Positions 36,951 through 46,869 of a stretch of 64,000 nt of DNA are shown in pieces. How positions within the stretch are numbered: the first letter of the stretch is position 1; every line of letters starts with the position of its first letter. A program made the position numbers and the translations under genes. Origin of the DNA: an uncultured Chitinophagaceae bacterium (GTDB taxonomy: Bacteria; Bacteroidota; Bacteroidia; Chitinophagales; Chitinophagaceae); contig CAVPIO010000001.1 of the NCBI GenBank assembly GCA_963705005.1, positions 317,752-381,751 of the forward strand, given 5' to 3'. Under the pieces are notes generated by a model. The model searched no databases. It worked only from the letters and a program-made list of their open reading frames with translations, and had not been told where the DNA came from.

Positions 36951-38105
36951 ATGGATTTCTCACTTACAGAAGAACAACTTTGGATCAGACAGGCGGCCAG
37001 GGATTTTACGGTCCGTGAATGTTTGCCCGGCGTGATTGAAAGGGATGAACATCAGAAATTCCCCCGGGAACAGTTACTAAAACTCGCAGACCTGGGCTTT
37101 ATGGGCATGATGATTTCACCTGATTATGGCGGAGCAGGCCTCGACGCGGTTAGTTATGTGCTGGCAATGGAAGAGATCAGCAAAATTGATTCGAGCGTTT
37201 CCGTAAGCATGAGTGTAAATAATAGTCTGGTTTGCTTCGGCCTCGAAGCATTCGGATCCGAATCACTGAAACAGAAATACCTCGTGCCACTGGCAAAAGG
37301 AAGAAAAGGAGATCAGCTTTATATCGGCGCTTTCCTTCTTAGTGAACCTGAAGCCGGCAGCGATGCATCTTCGCAGAAAACAACCGCGGTCGACAACGGC
37401 GATCATTATATCCTGAATGGAACAAAAAATTGGATCACGAATGGAAATTCTGCTTCCGTTTATTTAGTGATGGCCCAATCACATCGGGGAAAGGGCAGCA
37501 AGGGTATCAATGCCCTGATTGTTGAAAAAGAAACACCCGGGGTTGCCGTTGGTGCCAAGGAAAATAAGCTGGGCATTCGGGGCAGCGATACGCACAGTGT
37601 GAGTTTTACCGATGTAATTGTACCGAAAGAAAACCGGATCGGTGAAGATGGTTTTGGTTTTACTTTTGCCATGAAAACCTTATCCGGCGGCCGCATCGGC
37701 ATTGCCTCGCAGGCCCTGGGCATTGCCTCCGGAGCATATGAACTTTCTCTCAAATATGCCAAAGAAAGAAAATCATTTGGTACGGAAATTAAAAATCACC
37801 AGATCATCCAGTTTAAATTAGCAGATATGGCAACCCGGATTGAAGCAGCACGGCTGCTTTGCATGAAGGCTGCCCGGGAAAAAGATCAGAAGATGGATTA
37901 TACCGTTAGTTCTTCCATGGCGAAGGTCTTTGCCAGTGAAACGGCTATGTGGACGACCACGGAAGCAGTTCAAATCCACGGTGGGTATGGCTATGTGAAG
38001 GAATATCATGTTGAAAGACTAATGCGTGATGCGAAAATCACCCAGATCTACGAAGGCACGAGCGAGGTACAAAGGATCGTGATCAGCAGGAGCGTTTTGA
38101 AATGA
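36951..38105 (+). CDS. Acyl-CoA dehydrogenase (short/branched-chain type)
   Basis: This is a 384-aa ORF with ACAD motifs (GAFLLSEPEAGSDA, TQIYEGTSEVQR). Confidence 0.9.
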   Translation: MDFSLTEEQLWIRQAARDFTVRECLPGVIERDEHQKFPREQLLKLADLGFMGMMISPDYGGAGLDAVSYVLAMEEISKIDSSVSVSMSVNNSLVCFGLEAFGSESLKQKYLVPLAKGRKGDQLYIGAFLLSEPEAGSDASSQKTTAVDNGDHYILNGTKNWITNGNSASVYLVMAQSHRGKGSKGINALIVEKETPGVAVGAKENKLGIRGSDTHSVSFTDVIVPKENRIGEDGFGFTFAMKTLSGGRIGIASQALGIASGAYELSLKYAKERKSFGTEIKNHQIIQFKLADMATRIEAARLLCMKAAREKDQKMDYTVSSSMAKVFASETAMWTTTEAVQIHGGYGYVKEYHVERLMRDAKITQIYEGTSEVQRIVISRSVLK

Positions 38106-38773
38106 ATAAAACCGCTTATCATAAAATACTGGAAGAACTCCGGCCGGCAAATGTGCAGCTCTTAGCCGTTTCCAAAACAAGAACTCCTGAGGAAATCATT
38201 GAACTTTACAATCTGGGTCAGCGTGATTTCGGAGAAAACTATGTGCAGGAACTGGCAGAGAAACATAGCAGCCTGCCGGATGATATCCGATGGCATTTCA
38301 TCGGACATCTCCAATCCAATAAAGTAAAATACATTGCACCTTTTGTTTACATGATCCAGGGCGTGGACAGTGAAAAATTAATCATGGAGATCGACAAGCA
38401 GGCTGGTAAATACAGCCGGCAGATCAGGTGCCTGCTGCAGGTGCATATCGCAATGGAAGAGACAAAGTTCGGATTCAACGAAAAGGAATTGATGGATCTG
38501 GCAGGTTCAGTTTCCGGGCTTCGCCTGGCGAATCAGATAAAGCAAGTGCAACTGGCGGGTGTCATGGGGATGGCTTCAATGACGGATAATAAAGAACAGA
38601 TCCGGAATGAATTCAAATATCTGAAGGGATTATTCGATCGCTTAAAATCCAAATTGTCCGGAGATCCATTCGATACACTGAGTATGGGAATGAGCGGCGA
38701 TTATCAAATAGCCATCGGGGAGGGAAGCACGATGATCCGCATTGGAACATTACTATTCGGGAAAAGGAAATAA
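38102..38773 (+). CDS. yggS: YggS family pyridoxal-phosphate homeostasis protein
   Basis: It has LLAVSKT (PLP lysine), HFIGHLQSNK and LSMGMSGDY. It is coupled by an ATGA overlap to the upstream gene. Confidence 0.9.
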   Translation: MNKTAYHKILEELRPANVQLLAVSKTRTPEEIIELYNLGQRDFGENYVQELAEKHSSLPDDIRWHFIGHLQSNKVKYIAPFVYMIQGVDSEKLIMEIDKQAGKYSRQIRCLLQVHIAMEETKFGFNEKELMDLAGSVSGLRLANQIKQVQLAGVMGMASMTDNKEQIRNEFKYLKGLFDRLKSKLSGDPFDTLSMGMSGDYQIAIGEGSTMIRIGTLLFGKRK

Positions 38774-38811
38774 GACATATGATAGCCGTGAATGCAGTCA
38801 ACCATTTTAAT

Positions 38812-38819
38812 TAATTTTG
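38812..38819 (+). promoter_or_regulatory. Candidate -7 promoter box TAATTTTG upstream of glnS
   Basis: It matches TAnnTTTG 22 nt upstream of ATG 38842. Confidence 0.4.
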
Positions 38820-38841
38820 CGGATTCATACCTAAAGAACAC

Positions 38842-40503
38842 ATGGCAGACAGCACAGCGCAAGAAAGATCACTGAATTTCCTGGAAGAGATTGTCGAAGC
38901 CGACCTGCAAAGCGGCAAATACAAAGCCATCCATACCCGGTTTCCGCCGGAACCCAACGGATATTTGCATATTGGTCATGCCAAATCCATTTGTCTCAAT
39001 TTCTCTCTTGCTATGAAATATGGTGGCAAAACCAACCTCCGGTTTGATGATACCAATCCGGTTAAGGAGGAAACGGAATACGTTGACAGTATCCTGGAAG
39101 ATGTAAACTGGCTGGGGTTTAAGCCTGCTAACGTATTTTATGCATCCGATTATTTTGAGGAGCTTTATGGATATGCCGTCAAGCTGATTCAAAAAGGATT
39201 GGCTTATGTTGACGAAAGTACCAGCGAACAAATTGCTTTGCAGAAAGGAACACCCGCCGGAGCCGGCGTCGTCAATGAATATCGCAGCCGCTCCATAGAA
39301 GAAAACCTGCGCCTTTTTATAGAAATGCGTGAAGGGAAATTCGCTGATGGCGCCAAGGTATTGCGAGCCAAAATTGACATGGCTTCGCCGAATATGCATC
39401 TCCGCGATCCGGTCCTTTACCGTATCAAGCACGCGAACCACCACCGCACCGGTAGCGCCTGGAGCATTTATCCCATGTACGATTTTGCGCATGGTCAGTG
39501 TGATTCCATTGAACATATCACCCATTCCATTTGTACGCTGGAGTTTATTCCTCACCGGCCGCTTTACGACTGGTTTATTGAAAAGCTGGAGATCTTTCCA
39601 TCCAGGCAATATGAATTCGCAAGGCTCAACCTCAATTACACGGTGATGAGTAAGCGAAAACTGCTGCAACTCGTGAATGAAAAACAGGTGAGCGGCTGGG
39701 ATGATCCGCGTATGCCGACCATTTCCGGGTTGCGGCGCAGAGGTTATACTCCGGTAAGTATCCGCAACTTCACCGAACGCATCGGTGTTCAGAAAAGAGA
39801 TAACCTCATTGATGTATCCTTGCTTGAATTTTGTATAAGGGAAGATCTCAACAAAACGGCGATGAGGAAAATGGTGGTTTTTGACCCCCTGAAGATCGTG
39901 ATCAGCAATTATCCGGAAAGCATCGAAATGCTGACCAGCGAGGATTATCCCGAAGGCGCAGAAAAAAACAGTTATCGCGAGCTGCCGTTCAGTCGTGAAT
40001 TGTATATTGAGCGGGAGGATTTCATGGAAGACCCGCCTAAAAAATTTTTCCGGCTTGCGCCGGGCAAAATGGTGCGGTTAAAAAGCGCTTATATTATTCA
40101 ATGTGATGAGGTGATTAAGGACGGATCCGGGAAAATTACAGAACTCCGATGCACTTATTTACCTGAAAGTAAAAGCGGTGCCGATAGCTCCGGACTGAAG
40201 GTGCAGGGCACCCTGCATTGGGTAAGTATTTCCCATGCAATAAATATTGAGCTGAGATTATATGACCGCCTTTTTAAAGTGGAGAATCCAGGTATGGAAG
40301 ACGAAGATTTCAAAACTTATATCAACCCGGATTCACTCCATGTGATCACGCATGCATTTGCGGAGCCTTCCTTACGCAATGCAAAATTTAGGGAGGGATA
40401 TCAATTTATCCGGAAAGCCTATTTCTGCCTGGATAGAGACAGTTCCGCCGAAAAAATCATATTCAACCGCACAGTGAGTTTGAAGGACACGAAAAAGGGT
40501 TGA
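38842..40503 (+). CDS. glnS: Glutamine--tRNA ligase
   Basis: It has the class I motifs HIGH (GYLHIGHAKS) and VMSKR (KMSKS-like) in a 553-aa ORF. Confidence 0.95.
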   Translation: MADSTAQERSLNFLEEIVEADLQSGKYKAIHTRFPPEPNGYLHIGHAKSICLNFSLAMKYGGKTNLRFDDTNPVKEETEYVDSILEDVNWLGFKPANVFYASDYFEELYGYAVKLIQKGLAYVDESTSEQIALQKGTPAGAGVVNEYRSRSIEENLRLFIEMREGKFADGAKVLRAKIDMASPNMHLRDPVLYRIKHANHHRTGSAWSIYPMYDFAHGQCDSIEHITHSICTLEFIPHRPLYDWFIEKLEIFPSRQYEFARLNLNYTVMSKRKLLQLVNEKQVSGWDDPRMPTISGLRRRGYTPVSIRNFTERIGVQKRDNLIDVSLLEFCIREDLNKTAMRKMVVFDPLKIVISNYPESIEMLTSEDYPEGAEKNSYRELPFSRELYIEREDFMEDPPKKFFRLAPGKMVRLKSAYIIQCDEVIKDGSGKITELRCTYLPESKSGADSSGLKVQGTLHWVSISHAINIELRLYDRLFKVENPGMEDEDFKTYINPDSLHVITHAFAEPSLRNAKFREGYQFIRKAYFCLDRDSSAEKIIFNRTVSLKDTKKG

Positions 40504-40514
40504 TAGTTGATGAT
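40499..40514. repeat. Solo half-site of the GTTGATR heptamer repeat at the glnS stop
   Basis: GTTGATA GTTGATG AT has no complementary arm nearby. The glnS TGA (40501-40503) is inside the first heptamer. Confidence 0.6.
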
Positions 40515-40520
40515 CAGAAC

Positions 40521-40892
40521 CTAATTTCCCCCACCACCCGAACCACCTCTCATCGGCCTGTTCTTCATGCGCCAATCCTGATATTTCTTAAAAAGATCAT
40601 CCCCAAGCACGGCCTGGATCCGTTTGTCAGACTGATCTGTGACTGCTTTCATCTTGGTCCTTTTATCGTCCTGGCTCAGGGATTGATCCATATATATATC
40701 CCTGCGTTGTGGCATGAATTCCTGGTTGATTGTGACTACTGAATCAGCTTGAATATCAGTTAGTTTCAAGTCTGTTTTCAATTTTTGCTTCATCTCAGCA
40801 GCCCTTGCCGCAGGATCTTGTTGCTGAGCAAAGCTGTTAACTGAAGAAAACAGGGCCAGCATAATGATAGCTCCTGCAATGATTTGTTTCAT
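40521..40892 (-). CDS. Secreted hypothetical protein (123 aa) with a Gly-rich tail
   Basis: The start was moved to ATG 40890-40892, which gives the signal peptide MKQIIAGAIIMLALFSSVNSFAQ. The protein ends in RGGSGGGGN. Confidence 0.6.
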   Translation of the reverse strand: MKQIIAGAIIMLALFSSVNSFAQQQDPAARAAEMKQKLKTDLKLTDIQADSVVTINQEFMPQRRDIYMDQSLSQDDKRTKMKAVTDQSDKRIQAVLGDDLFKKYQDWRMKNRPMRGGSGGGGN

Positions 40893-40950
40893 CGTCTGAG
40901 GTTTTGTTGTATGTAGGAAGAAGCTAAATATATGCCAGAGCCCGGAATTC

Positions 40951-40984
40951 ATATACCCTTTATGCAAACGGTAAAAGGGTATAT
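40951..40984. promoter_or_regulatory. Perfect 11-bp inverted repeat in the divergent region upstream of thyA
   Basis: ATATACCCTTT (40951-40961) and AAAGGGTATAT (40974-40984) are separated by a 12-nt spacer. The repeat lies 47 nt upstream of the thyA ATG. Confidence 0.4.
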
Positions 40985-41030
40985 TCCACCGGATCAATAA
41001 GCGCTTTCAGAACTTCAGTAAATTGCGCCT

Positions 41031-41846
41031 ATGAAGCAATATCTCGATCTGCTCCGGCACGTGTTGGATAATGGAGTTCAAAAATCTGACCGGACCGGTA
41101 CGGGCACACTCAGTTGTTTTGGCTACCAGATGCGGTTTGCACTCAGTAAGGGCTTTCCGCTGGTAACGACCAAAAAACTTCATCTGAAAAGCATTGTTTA
41201 CGAATTGCTCTGGTTCCTCAAAGGTGAAACGAATATCCGCTACCTGAATGAGCATGGTGTGAGCATCTGGAATGAGTGGGCGGATGATCGGGGTGAGCTG
41301 GGGCCCGTTTACGGAAAACAGTGGAGATACTGGGAAGGAGCTAATGGCAAGCAAGTGGACCAGATCAGCGAAACCATTCAGCAATTAAAAAAAAATCCGG
41401 ATAGCCGCCGGATCATTGTGAGCGCCTGGAATGTGGCTGATCTGCCGGAGATGGCACTGATGCCTTGTCATGCTTTATTTCAATTTTACACCTCTCCGCC
41501 TGAGATCTCCGGAGGACGAGGAAGTTTGAGTTGCCAGCTTTATCAACGCAGTGCGGATGTATTCCTGGGTGTACCATTTAATATTGCCTCTTATGCATTA
41601 CTTACCATGATGATTGCGCAGGTCTGCGGGCTGGAACCTGGAGAGTTTATTCATAGTTTCGGGGATGTACACTTGTATAATAATCACCTCGAGCAGGCAA
41701 ACCTTCAATTGTCGCGAACACCGAATAGTCTTCCGGTTATGAAACTCAACCCCGCGGTGAAAGATATATTTGAATTTCATTTTGAAGACTTCTCACTTGA
41801 AAATTACCAGCCCCACCCGGCAATTAAAGCGCCGGTAGCGGTGTAA
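41031..41846 (+). CDS. thyA: Thymidylate synthase (ThyA type)
   Basis: It has [15 protein letters not shown], the active-site sequence [11 protein letters not shown] and DVHLYNNH. Confidence 0.95.
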   Translation: MKQYLDLLRHVLDNGVQKSDRTGTGTLSCFGYQMRFALSKGFPLVTTKKLHLKSIVYELLWFLKGETNIRYLNEHGVSIWNEWADDRGELGPVYGKQWRYWEGANGKQVDQISETIQQLKKNPDSRRIIVSAWNVADLPEMALMPCHALFQFYTSPPEISGGRGSLSCQLYQRSADVFLGVPFNIASYALLTMMIAQVCGLEPGEFIHSFGDVHLYNNHLEQANLQLSRTPNSLPVMKLNPAVKDIFEFHFEDFSLENYQPHPAIKAPVAV

Positions 41847-41859
41847 ATCCGGATATGAA

Positions 41860-42375
41860 ATGAAACTTGCTATTATTGTCGCCGCCTCGGAAAATAATGT
41901 GATCGGGAAAAACAATAAAATGGTCTGGAATCTGCCGGAGGATACACGCTTTTTTAAAAACACAACCTGGGGTTTTCCCCTCATCATGGGCAGGAAAACC
42001 TTTGAGGCCCTTGGAGGAAAGCCGTTGCCGGGACGATTCAATATCGTCATTACCCGTCAGCAGGATTTTAAGACCGGAAATCCGGGTGTGCAGGTTGCAA
42101 CTAACCTGTCTGAAGCGATCAGGCTGGCAGAACAGACAGACTGTAAAACGGCATTTATTGGCGGAGGCGGACAGCTTTATGCTGAATCCATCATGCAGTG
42201 CGATATCATTTATATAACCAGGGTAAAGGCCGCACTGGACGGAGATGCATTTTTTCCCGAAATTCCACAGGATAAATTTCAATTGACCCACTCAAAGCTT
42301 GTTCCTGCAGATGAAAAACATGCTTATGCCATGGACTTTCAAACATGGACAAAAAAAAATTCTCTTCCGGCATAA
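41860..42375 (+). CDS. folA: Dihydrofolate reductase
   Basis: It has IIVAASENNVIGKNNKMVWNLPEDTRFFK and GRKTFEALG, and it follows thyA. Confidence 0.9.
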   Translation: MKLAIIVAASENNVIGKNNKMVWNLPEDTRFFKNTTWGFPLIMGRKTFEALGGKPLPGRFNIVITRQQDFKTGNPGVQVATNLSEAIRLAEQTDCKTAFIGGGGQLYAESIMQCDIIYITRVKAALDGDAFFPEIPQDKFQLTHSKLVPADEKHAYAMDFQTWTKKNSLPA

Positions 42376-42392
42376 CGGATTAATGCGCGAAC

Positions 42393-43190
42393 ATGTATTC
42401 CTCTACTGAGCTTGCCATTAAATATTTAAATTATGCCTGGCGGGCTTCCAGTGGAAGGGGCCATGGCATCCATTCACCTTTTGTTTATGAATTCGTTTCC
42501 CAATTGTTGAATGATTCGAGATCCTTTTATCCCTATGCTGAAATTGAAAAGCTGAGAACCACACTGGAAAAGGATCTTCGAATGCCGGAGTCAGAAGATT
42601 TGGGCACCGGCTCTTCATTGAAAAATATATCCGAAAAAACAGTTGCGGATATTGCGCGGCGATCACTCTCTACCCAAAAATTCGGCCGCCTGTTATTCAG
42701 AGTGGTAAATTACTATCAGCCGGTGAACCTGATGGAACTGGGCACATCACTCGGCATTTCTACAGCATACATGGCTTCTGCCAATCCCGCCTGCTCCCTG
42801 GTCAGTTTAGAAGGATCCAAATCGATCGCCCAAATTGCGGCAGAGAATTTCAAAAAGTTGAATCTGAAGAATATCAGGCAGGTTGTGGGCAATTTTGATG
42901 ATACCCTGAAAGACCTTATAAAGCAATCTCCTCCGTCGGATCTTGTATTTCTGGATGGCAATCACCGGAAGGAACCTGTATTAAATTATTTCCACCAATT
43001 TCTGGAAAAGAGATCCGTTTCCTCGATGTTTATTTTTCATGATATTCACTGGAGCAGGGAAATGGAGGAAGCCTGGCGGGTAATTCGCGATCACCCGGAA
43101 GTAATGGTGAGCATTGATTTATTTTCTGCGGGCTTTATCTTTTTCCGGGAAAATTTCAAGGTCAAACAACATTTCATCATCCGATTTTAA
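42393..43190 (+). CDS. Class I SAM-dependent (O-)methyltransferase
   Basis: The SAM motif I region is LMELGTSLGISTAYM and there is an LVFLDGNH motif. Confidence 0.7.
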   Translation: MYSSTELAIKYLNYAWRASSGRGHGIHSPFVYEFVSQLLNDSRSFYPYAEIEKLRTTLEKDLRMPESEDLGTGSSLKNISEKTVADIARRSLSTQKFGRLLFRVVNYYQPVNLMELGTSLGISTAYMASANPACSLVSLEGSKSIAQIAAENFKKLNLKNIRQVVGNFDDTLKDLIKQSPPSDLVFLDGNHRKEPVLNYFHQFLEKRSVSSMFIFHDIHWSREMEEAWRVIRDHPEVMVSIDLFSAGFIFFRENFKVKQHFIIRF

Positions 43191-43192
43191 AT

Positions 43193-44605
43193 ATGATGAA
43201 CCGAACACCTGAAGCTTTTAAACCCAAACTCCCCCAAAAATTAATTGCATCTTTAAAAACACTGGATCAATTTGATGAAGCTTCTTTCCGTGCCGTGCAT
43301 GAATCGGGAGAACAAGTGAATTCAGTGCGTTTTAACACAGCTAAAATCAAAATGAATGAAGGCAGCTGGCCAGCAGTCATTTCTGAACCGCCTTTCCCGC
43401 TGGCCGGCAGGATTCCCTGGACCAGGGATGGTTATTATGTTTCCGTCCGGCCCTCCTACACCCTGGACCCCCTGTTTCATTCAGGAATTTATTACGTACA
43501 GGAGGCATCTGGCATGTTCCTGGAGCATGCCCTGCGAAATATCCTTGATCTTTCCCTGCCCTTAAAGGCGCTCGATCTTTGTGCGGCCCCTGGTGGCAAA
43601 TCAACCCTGATCCAGGGCATGATTCCTTCAGCGTCTTTGTTAGTTTGCAATGAGGTGATTAAAACGCGCGTACCTGTGCTGCACCAGAATATGGATAAGT
43701 GGGGTTTCCCAAATGGGTTTGTATCATGTAATGATCCCAGGGACTTTAAAAAGCTTGCGGGTTTCTTTGATTTGCTGCTGGTTGACGCACCCTGCAGTGG
43801 CAGCGGTCTTTTTCGAAAAGATGCTGCTGCTATCGCTGAATGGAGTGAGAGCGCAGTGAATCTTTGCAGCCGGCGGCAACAAAGGATCCTTGCTGATGCC
43901 TGGGATTGCTTAAAAGAGAATGGCATGCTGGTGTACGCAACATGCTCCTATTCTCCCGAGGAAAATGAAAACATCCTCGACGGCCTGTTAAATAATTATG
44001 ATTGCGAATCACGACGGATCCCGCTTGATCCTGCATGGAATATTATAGAAACCCGTTCAGCAAATGCAAAGGCGTACGGCTATCGGTTTTATCCCGACAA
44101 ATTAAAAGGTGAAGGCTTCTACCTGGCAGTTGTTCAAAAAAAGTCAGCGACCATACATTATTCCAGTATTTCCGAAAAACCGCAAGCCATATCTAAAAAG
44201 GAGGCATATTATTTAAGAAAATTCCTGCCGGATGAGAGGCTTCAATTCGCTCGAATCAATGAACAGATCCACGCAATGCCGGCTAACCTGATACCTGATT
44301 TATTGTTAATCAGGAATTCCCTGTATCTGAAGAAGGCCGGTATAATGACAGGAAAAATGGGCTCGGGTGAGTGGGTGCCTGACCATGAACTTGCCTTGAG
44401 CACAGGATTAGACCCCGGGATCCCTGAACTGAGGCTAAACCGGCCGGATGTATTGAAGTACCTGCGCAGGGAGGATTTTACTGCGGGTACGCAAACAAAA
44501 GGGTGGATGGCCGTGAGTTACCAGGAACAGAAACTGGGCTGGGTTAAAATACTTTCAAACCGGATAAACAACTATTTCCCCAAATCCTGGCGCATACTGA
44601 AATAA
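43193..44605 (+). CDS. NOL1/NOP2/Sun family rRNA cytosine-C5 methyltransferase (RsmF/RsmB-like)
   Basis: Motifs DLCAAPGGKST, DAPCSGSGLFRK and the catalytic YATCSYSPEENE are present. Confidence 0.85.
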   Translation: MMNRTPEAFKPKLPQKLIASLKTLDQFDEASFRAVHESGEQVNSVRFNTAKIKMNEGSWPAVISEPPFPLAGRIPWTRDGYYVSVRPSYTLDPLFHSGIYYVQEASGMFLEHALRNILDLSLPLKALDLCAAPGGKSTLIQGMIPSASLLVCNEVIKTRVPVLHQNMDKWGFPNGFVSCNDPRDFKKLAGFFDLLLVDAPCSGSGLFRKDAAAIAEWSESAVNLCSRRQQRILADAWDCLKENGMLVYATCSYSPEENENILDGLLNNYDCESRRIPLDPAWNIIETRSANAKAYGYRFYPDKLKGEGFYLAVVQKKSATIHYSSISEKPQAISKKEAYYLRKFLPDERLQFARINEQIHAMPANLIPDLLLIRNSLYLKKAGIMTGKMGSGEWVPDHELALSTGLDPGIPELRLNRPDVLKYLRREDFTAGTQTKGWMAVSYQEQKLGWVKILSNRINNYFPKSWRILK

Positions 44606-44693
44606 ACAGCCTGTCGGAGCCCGTTCCGCCGGTTTTTAATATTTTATTTGCAAGATATTTTGGGATCTTTGCGTTTATCCAAAAAATAAACCC

Positions 44694-45671
44694 ATGAAGA
44701 GCCTGATCACCGGTCTGTTCAGTATGGTGCTGGTCGCATCCACGGCGGTTGCCCAGCATGCACCGCTCCAGATTGAAGGTATCAATGGAAATTTTTACCT
44801 GGTTCATACTGTGATTGCAAAAGATAACTGGTATAGTATCGGAAGGCTATACAATGCGAGCCCTCATGATATTGCCACTTATAACAGCATGAGTTTTGAT
44901 AAGCCGCTGGAAATTGGCCAGCAGCTCAATATTCCTCTAACCTCGGTCAATTTCGACCAAAAACTAAAAAAGGCAGCTACAGAAACCCTGATACCCATTT
45001 ATCATATCGTTCTGGATAAGGAATGGGCGTTCCGCCTGAGCTCCATTTATAACGATGTGCCGGTAAGCAGCCTGGAAAAATGGAACAGGATTAAACGCGA
45101 CGATGTTAAGCAGGGCATGCCGGTTATTGTGGGTTTCCTGAAAGTAAAAAATGACCAATCCCCATTTGCTTCGGTGCCGCCCGGATCACCTGGTGCACAG
45201 GCTGGTAACATGGAGCCGGTTGTTGAAAAATCCAGGGACAGCAAAATCATAGACCAACCCGCGCAAACAGTAACAAATTCACAGACTAAAACAATTTCAG
45301 CTCCACCCATCACCACAACTTCCGGCAGCAGTAGTACTGAACACGTCAATACCTATTCGTCTACCCATGCTGCGGGCGGCTTTTTCAGCATCAGCTATCT
45401 GGGAAACGGCAATAAATCAATCAATGGCCAGGCCGGCACTTTCAAAAGCACCAGCGGCTGGACCGACGGCAAATATTACGCACTTATCGATGGCGTTCCG
45501 GTCGGGACGATCGTCAGGATCAACAGCAATGGAAAATCAGTTTATGCGAAAGTGCTGGGGCAGCTTCCGGAAATGAAAGAGAGCAATGGGCTGGTTACCC
45601 GGATCAGCAATGCAGCATCTTCAGAACTGGGTACTGGTGAAGGCAGGTTCGTAGTGGAAATAAGATATTGA
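44694..45671 (+). CDS. Secreted LysM-domain peptidoglycan-binding protein
   Basis: It has a signal peptide and two LysM repeats (HTVIAKDNWYSIGRLYNASPHDIATYN; YHIVLDKEWAFRLSSIYNDVPVSSLEKWN). A low-complexity linker follows, and the C-terminal domain looks like a double-psi beta-barrel. Confidence 0.8.
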   Translation: MKSLITGLFSMVLVASTAVAQHAPLQIEGINGNFYLVHTVIAKDNWYSIGRLYNASPHDIATYNSMSFDKPLEIGQQLNIPLTSVNFDQKLKKAATETLIPIYHIVLDKEWAFRLSSIYNDVPVSSLEKWNRIKRDDVKQGMPVIVGFLKVKNDQSPFASVPPGSPGAQAGNMEPVVEKSRDSKIIDQPAQTVTNSQTKTISAPPITTTSGSSSTEHVNTYSSTHAAGGFFSISYLGNGNKSINGQAGTFKSTSGWTDGKYYALIDGVPVGTIVRINSNGKSVYAKVLGQLPEMKESNGLVTRISNAASSELGTGEGRFVVEIRY

Positions 45672-45675
45672 AGAA

Positions 45676-46050
45676 TTATTTTTTCTTTTCGTGCCCTCCG
45701 CCATCTTCAGGTTTCTGGCAACAGGTTGGTAATTTCTGGTACGCTTCGGGATTGGCAGTTACATCGTCGGCATCATAACCTATATTGGCTATGGCCGTCT
45801 TGATATTTTCAAGTGTCGTGCGGTCCCAGAGATAGGTTACCCTGGCTGTTTTTCTTTTGTAATCCACCGTTATTTTCTGAACACCGTCCTCACGGCTGAT
45901 ATATTTTTCAATCCGATCCTTACATTCGTCACATTGAACTGTGGGAACCTTGATCGTCGCTGTTTCAATAGCACCTTTTCTTACGACCTGCGCATGGGAA
46001 TACACAAAAAAGGAGCTCAATAAAAAAGAGAGGGAAATGAATTTTTTCAT
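45676..46050 (-). CDS. Secreted heavy-metal-associated (HMA) domain protein
   Basis: It has a signal peptide, an HMA fold with a CDEC (CxxC) motif, and a C-terminal CC..GGGHEKKK tail. Confidence 0.75.
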   Translation of the reverse strand: MKKFISLSFLLSSFFVYSHAQVVRKGAIETATIKVPTVQCDECKDRIEKYISREDGVQKITVDYKRKTARVTYLWDRTTLENIKTAIANIGYDADDVTANPEAYQKLPTCCQKPEDGGGHEKKK

Positions 46051-46061
46051 AGGGTAAAGGT

Positions 46062-46172
46062 AAAATTAAAAAGTAAAAAGTAAAAATTAAAAAAGGGAGG
46101 CTGTGGTGGTAAGAAGAAAGCAATTTCAACCAGTAGAGGCGGATTACAAACTTTTTAATTTTTACTTTTAAT
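46062..46172. repeat. Heptamer-arm inverted repeat, KTAAAAA family, copy 4
   Basis: The left arm is AAAATTAAAAAGTAAAAAGTAAAAATTAAAAAAGGGAGG. The right arm is CTTTTTAATTTTTACTTTTAAT. An 18-bp stem pairs 46076-46093 with 46152-46169 around a spacer of about 58 nt. The right arm encodes the last 5 codons and the TAA of pyrE. Confidence 0.85.
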
Positions 46173-46796
46173 CCCCCAACCTCCCGGATCCATCCTCCAA
46201 TCCATCAAAATCTCCTGCTGCGCAGAGGATACCATGCCTTTTTCGGTAGCAAGACGGATCAGGGCAGGATAATCGGTTAAAGATCTGGATTGGATACCCG
46301 CTGCTTCAAAATTTTTTTTTGCCTCGTCAAATCCATAGTCAAAAATGGAAACAAGGCCGATAACCTGCAATCCTGCTTGTCGTAACGCTTCGATAACCTG
46401 GAGACTGCTTTTCCCGGTCGATACAAGATCTTCAATAACAACGATTTTTTTACCAGGCTCGTAATAGCCTTCAATCTGATTTCCCAGGCCATGTTCCTTG
46501 GGTTTTGAACGAACATATATGAATGGAAGCTTGAGCTGGTCTGCCGCCATTGCTCCCCAGGCAATTCCTGCCGTAGCTACGCCACCGAGCCATTCTGCTT
46601 CTGCAAATTCCCCAAAGATCAGATTACACATTTCCGATTTGATGAATTCGCGTATGTGAGGAAAGGAAAGCACTTTGCGGTTATCGCAGTAAACGGGGCT
46701 TTTCCAGCCAGAGGCCCAGGTAAATGGTTTTTCTGGATTTAGCCTGACGGCCTGGATTTGTAATAGCTTTTCGGCAACGGCCTTTTCGTGAGTCAT
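46155..46796 (-). CDS. pyrE: Orotate phosphoribosyltransferase
   Basis: It has FTWASGWKSPVYCDNR and the PRPP-binding motif VVIEDLVSTGKS. The start was moved to ATG 46794-46796, which gives 213 aa. Confidence 0.9.
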   Translation of the reverse strand: MTHEKAVAEKLLQIQAVRLNPEKPFTWASGWKSPVYCDNRKVLSFPHIREFIKSEMCNLIFGEFAEAEWLGGVATAGIAWGAMAADQLKLPFIYVRSKPKEHGLGNQIEGYYEPGKKIVVIEDLVSTGKSSLQVIEALRQAGLQVIGLVSIFDYGFDEAKKNFEAAGIQSRSLTDYPALIRLATEKGMVSSAQQEILMDWRMDPGGWGIKSKN

Positions 46797-46850
46797 TGCG
46801 TGAAGATAAAAATTCTGCCTGGTTTTTTTATGTCGTTGGCCTACCCGGTA

Positions 46851-46858
46851 TATCTTTG
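46851..46858 (+). promoter_or_regulatory. Candidate -7 promoter box TATCTTTG upstream of the NUDIX gene
   Basis: It matches TAnnTTTG 11 nt upstream of ATG 46870. Confidence 0.35.
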
Positions 46859-46869
46859 GTTGCCAGCAT

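Noticed and set aside
38869-39669. 266-aa minus-strand ORF
   Set aside because: It is antisense to glnS, which has clear class I synthetase motifs.
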